NCBI GenBank assembly: GCA_046704725.1
Contig: JBJKRI010000004.1
Coordinates: 32,001-96,000 of the forward strand
DNA: 64,000 nt
From: Candidatus Woesearchaeota archaeon
Lineage (GTDB): Archaea > Nanobdellota > Nanobdellia > Woesearchaeales > SKIA01
Reading direction: 5' to 3'
Shown here: positions 59,224 to 64,000 of the stretch, piece after piece
How the letters are laid out: each line of letters opens with the position of its first letter
Numbering within the stretch: position 1 is the first letter of the stretch
Translations under genes and position numbers: made by a program
Notes under the pieces: model-generated
Database searches by the model: none
What the model was told of the DNA's origin: nothing
What the model saw: only the letters and a program-made list of their open reading frames with translations

Positions 59224-59658
59224 GTGGATGATGACGAAAGATTCATGCGGATGGCTCTGAAAGAAGCCGAACAAAGCGCGTACCCTTATGGGGCTGTCCT
59301 TGTCGCGGATGGAAATGTCATCGCGAAAGCCGGTTCAGGAGGGGAATTCGATCCTACTGCGCACGCAGAGATGAATGTCATCCGCGCGGCATGCAGAAAA
59401 GCACGAAGCAATACTCTCCCGAACACCGTACTGTACGCTACATGCGAGCCGTGCGCCATGTGTTTCGAAGCCACGTGGCTAGCAGGCATATCCAGAATTG
59501 TCTATGGAATGTCCATCAAGGATTCCGCACAGGCGTTCCCGGAGATCCAGATATCCGCTAGACGTTTGAACGTGCTCGGGGGAGAACGGCTACTGATCGA
59601 ATCCGGAGTCCTCGCTGACGAGATTCTGGCAATATTCAAACAACGAACAGACAACTAG
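59224..59658 (+). CDS. Zn-dependent nucleoside/nucleobase deaminase (TadA/GuaD-like)
   Basis: PYGAVLV, DPTAHAEM, TCEPCAMC. Confidence 0.9.
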   Translation: MDDDERFMRMALKEAEQSAYPYGAVLVADGNVIAKAGSGGEFDPTAHAEMNVIRAACRKARSNTLPNTVLYATCEPCAMCFEATWLAGISRIVYGMSIKDSAQAFPEIQISARRLNVLGGERLLIESGVLADEILAIFKQRTDN

Positions 59659-60533
59659 TGGCGCAGAGCGTCGTAGGCCTCGTAGAAAGCGTCGAAGACC
59701 TCCATGTCCGTCGTGACGGACACGAAATGATGGTGCAATTGGTCGCACACGTTGCGGATCTCGGCGATGTGCTGGTCGAGCATGCCCTGATAGGTGTGGC
59801 TGACACGACGCGTCACGTACGTCCGCAGTTCGGTGCCCTCCTCGCTGTCGCGCAGGACGTAATCACCCTCCATGGCGAAGGACCGCTCGATGGGATCGAG
59901 CACCTGCACGCACAGCACATCAGAGTGGCGGAAGCGCGAGAGGGTCTCGCGGATCTCGTCCACGCTGTACAGGAAGTCGGACAGCAAGATGATGACGGAC
60001 TTGTGGGTGATGAGGTTCTTGGCGCTCTCGAGGGATTCTGTGAAACGGCTCTTCCCCTTCACATCCACGTGGCGCAACGAATCCATGAGCAGCACCAATT
60101 GCTTGCGTCCTTTGCGCGCCCGCACGGGCTTGAGGGACTCGGCAAAGGTGGAGAACTCGAACTTCTCGTTGTCCTTGAGCGCAAGATACGCGAAACCAAT
60201 ACCCAAGAGCACGGCGAAATCGAACTTGCGGGGATCGCCGAAATCCATGCTCGCCGAAGCGTCCACGATGCAGTGCACCGTCGCGTTGCGCTCCTCCTCG
60301 AAACGGCGCACGTAGAACTTCCCCGTCCGGCCGTAGATGCGCCAGTCGATGTTACGGAAATCGTCTCCAGGGACATAATCCTTGTAGTCCTTGAAGGTCA
60401 GTCCGGAGCCCGCGAAAGACGACTCACGAGAGCCGTGGTACTTGCTCGATACGCGTCGCTTGAGCACGAGACGGAAACGGTCGAGCTGCCGGAGGAACTC
60501 GAGGCTCAGGTCCTTTCTCGCGGTCTTGGCCAT
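59655..60533 (-). CDS. DUF58 (vWA-related) protein
   Basis: F.DYKDYVPGDDFRNIDWR, DASASM, LSDF. Confidence 0.93.
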   Translation of the reverse strand: MAKTARKDLSLEFLRQLDRFRLVLKRRVSSKYHGSRESSFAGSGLTFKDYKDYVPGDDFRNIDWRIYGRTGKFYVRRFEEERNATVHCIVDASASMDFGDPRKFDFAVLLGIGFAYLALKDNEKFEFSTFAESLKPVRARKGRKQLVLLMDSLRHVDVKGKSRFTESLESAKNLITHKSVIILLSDFLYSVDEIRETLSRFRHSDVLCVQVLDPIERSFAMEGDYVLRDSEEGTELRTYVTRRVSHTYQGMLDQHIAEIRNVCDQLHHHFVSVTTDMEVFDAFYEAYDALRH

Positions 60534-60572
60534 GGGTTCGCACAGCGAAGGACGATATATAAGGACACCGGT

Positions 60573-61535
60573 CTAAGACGCCTTCTTGAGGAGTTCGCCG
60601 ATAATGTCGTCGGGGCTCTTTCCCTCGCGCTCGGCAGCGAAGCTGAGCACGATGCGATGCCGCAGGACAGGATACGCCATGGCGTCCACGTCCTTGGAGG
60701 AGACGAACTTGCGGCCTTCGATGAGAGCGCGCGCCTTCGCCGCCAATGTGAGTCCGATGCTCGCGCGAGGCGACGCTCCGTACTCGATGAGCTCCGGAGA
60801 GGTCCTGGTCAACTGCACGAGATTGACGATGCGTTTCTTGATGTCGTCGGCGATCGGCACTTGGCGTGTGAGCTTCTGGAGGAGCTTGACGCTGTTCTCC
60901 CCGAGCAGTGTGTTGACCGTCGGAGTATCCTTGGCCACCGTGTAGCGATCGATGATCTCGATCTCCTCCTGAGGGGATGGATACCCGACGAGGATCTTGA
61001 GCAGGAACCGGTCGGTCTGCGCCTCGGGAAGGGGATACGTGCCTTCCTGGTCTATCGGGTTCTGCGTGGCGAGCACGAAGAACGGCTCGTCGAGCTTGAA
61101 GGTCTGCGTACCGACAGTGACCTGCTTCTCCTGCATGGCCTCGAGCAGCGCCGCCTGCGTCTTGGGCGTCGCGCGGTTGATCTCATCGGCAAGCACGATG
61201 TTCGCGAAGATCGGGCCCTTCTGGAAGACGAAACGCTTCTTGCCCTCAGACTCCTCGATGATATAAGTCCCGGTGATGTCCGATGGCATGAGGTCAGGTG
61301 TGGACTGGATACGGCTGAACTCGAGGTCCATGATGTCCGCGATGGTCTTGATCATCGTGGTCTTTCCAAGGCCTGGATAGGATTCGAGCAACGCGTTGCT
61401 GTCGCACAAGAGCGCGACGAGTATCTGCGTGATGACCTCGTCCTGGCCGACGATGACCTTCGCGGCCTCTTTGGCGACATTGCCGAAGGTGTCCTTGAGC
61501 TTCTCGAGATTCTTGACCTGGTCGAGCTGCGCCAT
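60573..61535 (-). CDS. moxR: MoxR-family AAA+ ATPase
   Basis: IVGQ, PGLGKT, TPDLMPSDITG, ADEINRATPKTQ, ATQNP..QEGTYPLPEAQ.DRF, GASPR. Confidence 0.96.
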   Translation of the reverse strand: MAQLDQVKNLEKLKDTFGNVAKEAAKVIVGQDEVITQILVALLCDSNALLESYPGLGKTTMIKTIADIMDLEFSRIQSTPDLMPSDITGTYIIEESEGKKRFVFQKGPIFANIVLADEINRATPKTQAALLEAMQEKQVTVGTQTFKLDEPFFVLATQNPIDQEGTYPLPEAQTDRFLLKILVGYPSPQEEIEIIDRYTVAKDTPTVNTLLGENSVKLLQKLTRQVPIADDIKKRIVNLVQLTRTSPELIEYGASPRASIGLTLAAKARALIEGRKFVSSKDVDAMAYPVLRHRIVLSFAAEREGKSPDDIIGELLKKAS

Positions 61536-61572
61536 CGGTGGGCAGGTGCCACGCGGCCTTATAAAGATTGCT

Positions 61573-62391
61573 CTACTTGGCGCACGCGCCCTTCGTCTGG
61601 CAGGCGTAGTCATTGATGAGTTGGACGTCCTCGGCCGAATAGACGCCTCCGGTAGAAGCGGCAGCCGCTTGCGGGGTGATGTCCGACGGGTAGTTGTTGT
61701 AGGTGAATGTTTTGGACTGCGGGTTGCCGACTTGGTCAAAACTCACTTGGGAACCCCCCGAACGCACTTGGACATTGAGCTTGTCGTTGCCGAGATTAAG
61801 CATCTGCGCATCCCCATAAGTCAGGTTCGTCGTGTTGAGTTTGGTGGGCGCGAAGAAATCCTTGATGCCGGTCGTCGTCTGGTTGTTCACGATGCTGCCG
61901 AGATTCACGTTCTGCAAGGGATTCGCCTGGATGAGGTACGGCGTGAAGCTGATGATCAGCGCAGGCATGAACGCGAGAAGAGCGATCGCGATGAGCTTGG
62001 TCATGACGGTCTTCGGCTTGATGAGCACGCCCGTAGACACCGTGGAGAGCTTCCGTTGCAGCTCATAGAGCAATCCTTGCGCCATCAACGTGTTCTCTCG
62101 TTGGTATTCGTAGGCGGTGCGCAGGATTTCATGCACTTCGGGATTCCCCCTCTCAATCTCGACGAGCACCGCCTTGCGGAAGCCCCTTGCGGTGCGCCAG
62201 GCGAGCATCACGACGGCGACGGCCACAGAAGGCCAGAAACTCATGTTGAAAATGGTGAGCACGATATTGATGGCGAAGAACACGATCGCCGCGTTCATCA
62301 GCTCGTTGAGGAACACGGCCTTGGCAACCTCCCGTCGCAACTCACGGAAGAGCCGGCGGGGAGCGAAAGGACTACGGGTGCTGACAGGCAT
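61573..62391 (-). CDS. Membrane protein of the MoxR/vWA operon
   Basis: 2 TMs, IERGNP...LRTAY motif, third TM, extracellular tail. Confidence 0.75.
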   Translation of the reverse strand: MPVSTRSPFAPRRLFRELRREVAKAVFLNELMNAAIVFFAINIVLTIFNMSFWPSVAVAVVMLAWRTARGFRKAVLVEIERGNPEVHEILRTAYEYQRENTLMAQGLLYELQRKLSTVSTGVLIKPKTVMTKLIAIALLAFMPALIISFTPYLIQANPLQNVNLGSIVNNQTTTGIKDFFAPTKLNTTNLTYGDAQMLNLGNDKLNVQVRSGGSQVSFDQVGNPQSKTFTYNNYPSDITPQAAAASTGGVYSAEDVQLINDYACQTKGACAK

Positions 62392-62851
62392 AAAGCTCCC
62401 CCTGTAACGTACTGACCTGGGACTGGAGACTGGTAACCGTCCTTCCCAGGGCCGCGATCTGTGACGCGTCCTTTTGCATCGTCGACTGGAGATTGAGGTT
62501 CTGTTGCTTTGCCGATGCCAGCTCCACGTTGAGCTTGGCTATCTCATCGTTCGCTTTGGACAGGTTCGACTGCGTGGTCGCCAGCTCATTCGTCTTCTGC
62601 TGGAACAAGCCGACCGTCTTGTTCACATCACCCTGATAGGCCTGGAGCTGGGTCTGGGTCTGGTTGAGCGAAGCGAGCGTACCGGCCAAGGTCTGGTTGC
62701 AGGTGGCCGACGACTTGGACGCATCGAGATACTGGTTGCCGAGGCTGCTGAGCCGCTGCTGATAGACGACGGACATGCCCGCGATGAGCACGATACCGAC
62801 GAGGATGATGAAGAGCAGGAACAGGTTCACCTGCTTTTTCATGAATGCCAT
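62372..62851 (-). CDS. Membrane-anchored coiled-coil protein
   Basis: N-terminal TM, long Q/N-rich heptads. Confidence 0.75.
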   Translation of the reverse strand: MAFMKKQVNLFLLFIILVGIVLIAGMSVVYQQRLSSLGNQYLDASKSSATCNQTLAGTLASLNQTQTQLQAYQGDVNKTVGLFQQKTNELATTQSNLSKANDEIAKLNVELASAKQQNLNLQSTMQKDASQIAALGRTVTSLQSQVSTLQGELYACQHP

Positions 62852-62892
62852 GGACAGCCCTCCAGAACGAAACGACGCTTAAAAACCATTCG

Positions 62893-64000
62893 TTAGCGCC
62901 TCCGCAGCGCGAGCACGCGGCGCACGCTCACTTCAAGGACGAGGAGCACCAACGCGATGAGGAGCAAGGGCCAGGCGATCTGCACATGCTCGACACGCTG
63001 GAGCTTCTGCGCGGTCTTGACCTGTGTGATGATGGCGTCCACGGCGCTCGTGGGGAACACCCTCCCGCCGCTGAGGTTCAATGCCTGTGCAAGAGCGGGA
63101 GACACTCCGACACCAGCGTACTCGGCAGGATAGTTCACGGCGTACTGCGCACCGAGCACAGTATAGACCCCTGTCGTGTTCGGCGTGAGCGTCGCGACGT
63201 ACGTCTGGGGACTTTTCGGGACGAACGTGAGGTTTGCTCCCTGTGGGACCTGTTCGCTGCGCACGGTCACAGAGAGGGGTGCGCCGACGGTGCCGTCCTG
63301 GACGGCGACCTGGAATGAGTCCTTGCGCTGCGGATCGCCGATTGCCCAGTTGATGGTGCGCGACAAGAGCTTGCTGTTGGTGCCGGAGAGCAACGCTCCG
63401 AGATCGGGGCCGTTGTAGCCGGTGATGGAAGCCACGCGCCCCACGCCATAGTTCCAGACGGTGAGTATCGGGTCGCCGCCGTTGCTCGTGACGAGTTCCT
63501 CGCTGCCTGGCTTGGGAGCGACCTGGTTATAGCCGTAGAGCACCGCGTCCATGTTCTGCACGTTCGGATCGCTCGTGATGAAATGGTATTGGTTAAGCAC
63601 CACCGCGTCGAAAGCGTCTCCCTGACTGATATTGACTGGCTTGCCGAAGAGGATGGACAGCCGGTTCGCCTGTGTGGCCTTGAAGTACGCGCCGCCCCCC
63701 GCCGCCGCAATCTGCTGCAGCGCTGCCTGTCCGCCGGGATCGCTACCGACCTGGACGGTGAAGACCCGGCCGCCCTGCGCGGCGAGAAGCTTGCTCGCGG
63801 CGACCGCCTGCTGGACGTCCTGGGGTCCGGTGATGCCGTCGCTGATCAATATGATATTCTTGCTGCCGGAGCGCCCCTCGAGCATCTTCACAGCGCCCTG
63901 CACGCCCGTCGAGACCGATGTCCCGCCAGTGATATTGAGCCGTGAGACCTTGTCGATGATCGATTGCTTGTTGTTCCCGAGCTCCTGCACGGGCGTGATG
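62893..64000 (-). CDS. vWA-domain membrane protein with GATase-like domain; 3' part, 5' end beyond the window
   Basis: GGTS, IILISDG, GGGAYF; P.LTVWNYGVGRV; NYPAEY; C-terminal TM ending LEVSVRR. Confidence 0.85.
   Translation of the reverse strand, partial: ITPVQELGNNKQSIIDKVSRLNITGGTSVSTGVQGAVKMLEGRSGSKNIILISDGITGPQDVQQAVAASKLLAAQGGRVFTVQVGSDPGGQAALQQIAAAGGGAYFKATQANRLSILFGKPVNISQGDAFDAVVLNQYHFITSDPNVQNMDAVLYGYNQVAPKPGSEELVTSNGGDPILTVWNYGVGRVASITGYNGPDLGALLSGTNSKLLSRTINWAIGDPQRKDSFQVAVQDGTVGAPLSVTVRSEQVPQGANLTFVPKSPQTYVATLTPNTTGVYTVLGAQYAVNYPAEYAGVGVSPALAQALNLSGGRVFPTSAVDAIITQVKTAQKLQRVEHVQIAWPLLLIALVLLVLEVSVRRVLALRRR

Overview
A gene-dense, GC-rich (roughly 60% by eye) archaeal chromosome segment. 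The gene repertoire points to a DPANN lineage, most like Woesearchaeota (inference): archaeal r-proteins eL15/eL21/eL31/eL33/eL39/eS6/eS19, Rpo4/Rpo11, TFE, Spt5, aIF2-gamma, thermosome, archaellin, histones, intron-containing tRNAs, class II LysRS and Lgt. Most of the window is housekeeping: ProRS, IleRS, GluRS, LysRS, FtsZ-SecE-Spt5-uL11, Lhr, a MoxR-DUF58-vWA operon and four tRNAs. No CRISPR array or transposase is visible. Points of interest: (1) a divergent cluster of uncharacterised membrane proteins at 6.9-14.2 kb, including two large paralogues with a shared N-terminal membrane module and unrelated C-termini; (2) a Xer recombinase next to an AT-rich island with a dif-like site; (3) a free-standing HTH-LAGLIDADG gene whose stop codon lies inside a tRNA-Ala gene; (4) a tRNA-Met intron with a putative self-targeting C/D-type guide for C34; (5) two unannotated structured intergenic RNA candidates; (6) a methyltransferase-kinase-MGMT triple fusion; (7) bacterial-type Lgt with lipobox proteins nearby; (8) candidate Whirly-like and HPF-like proteins. 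All calls come from reading motifs by eye. No searches were run.
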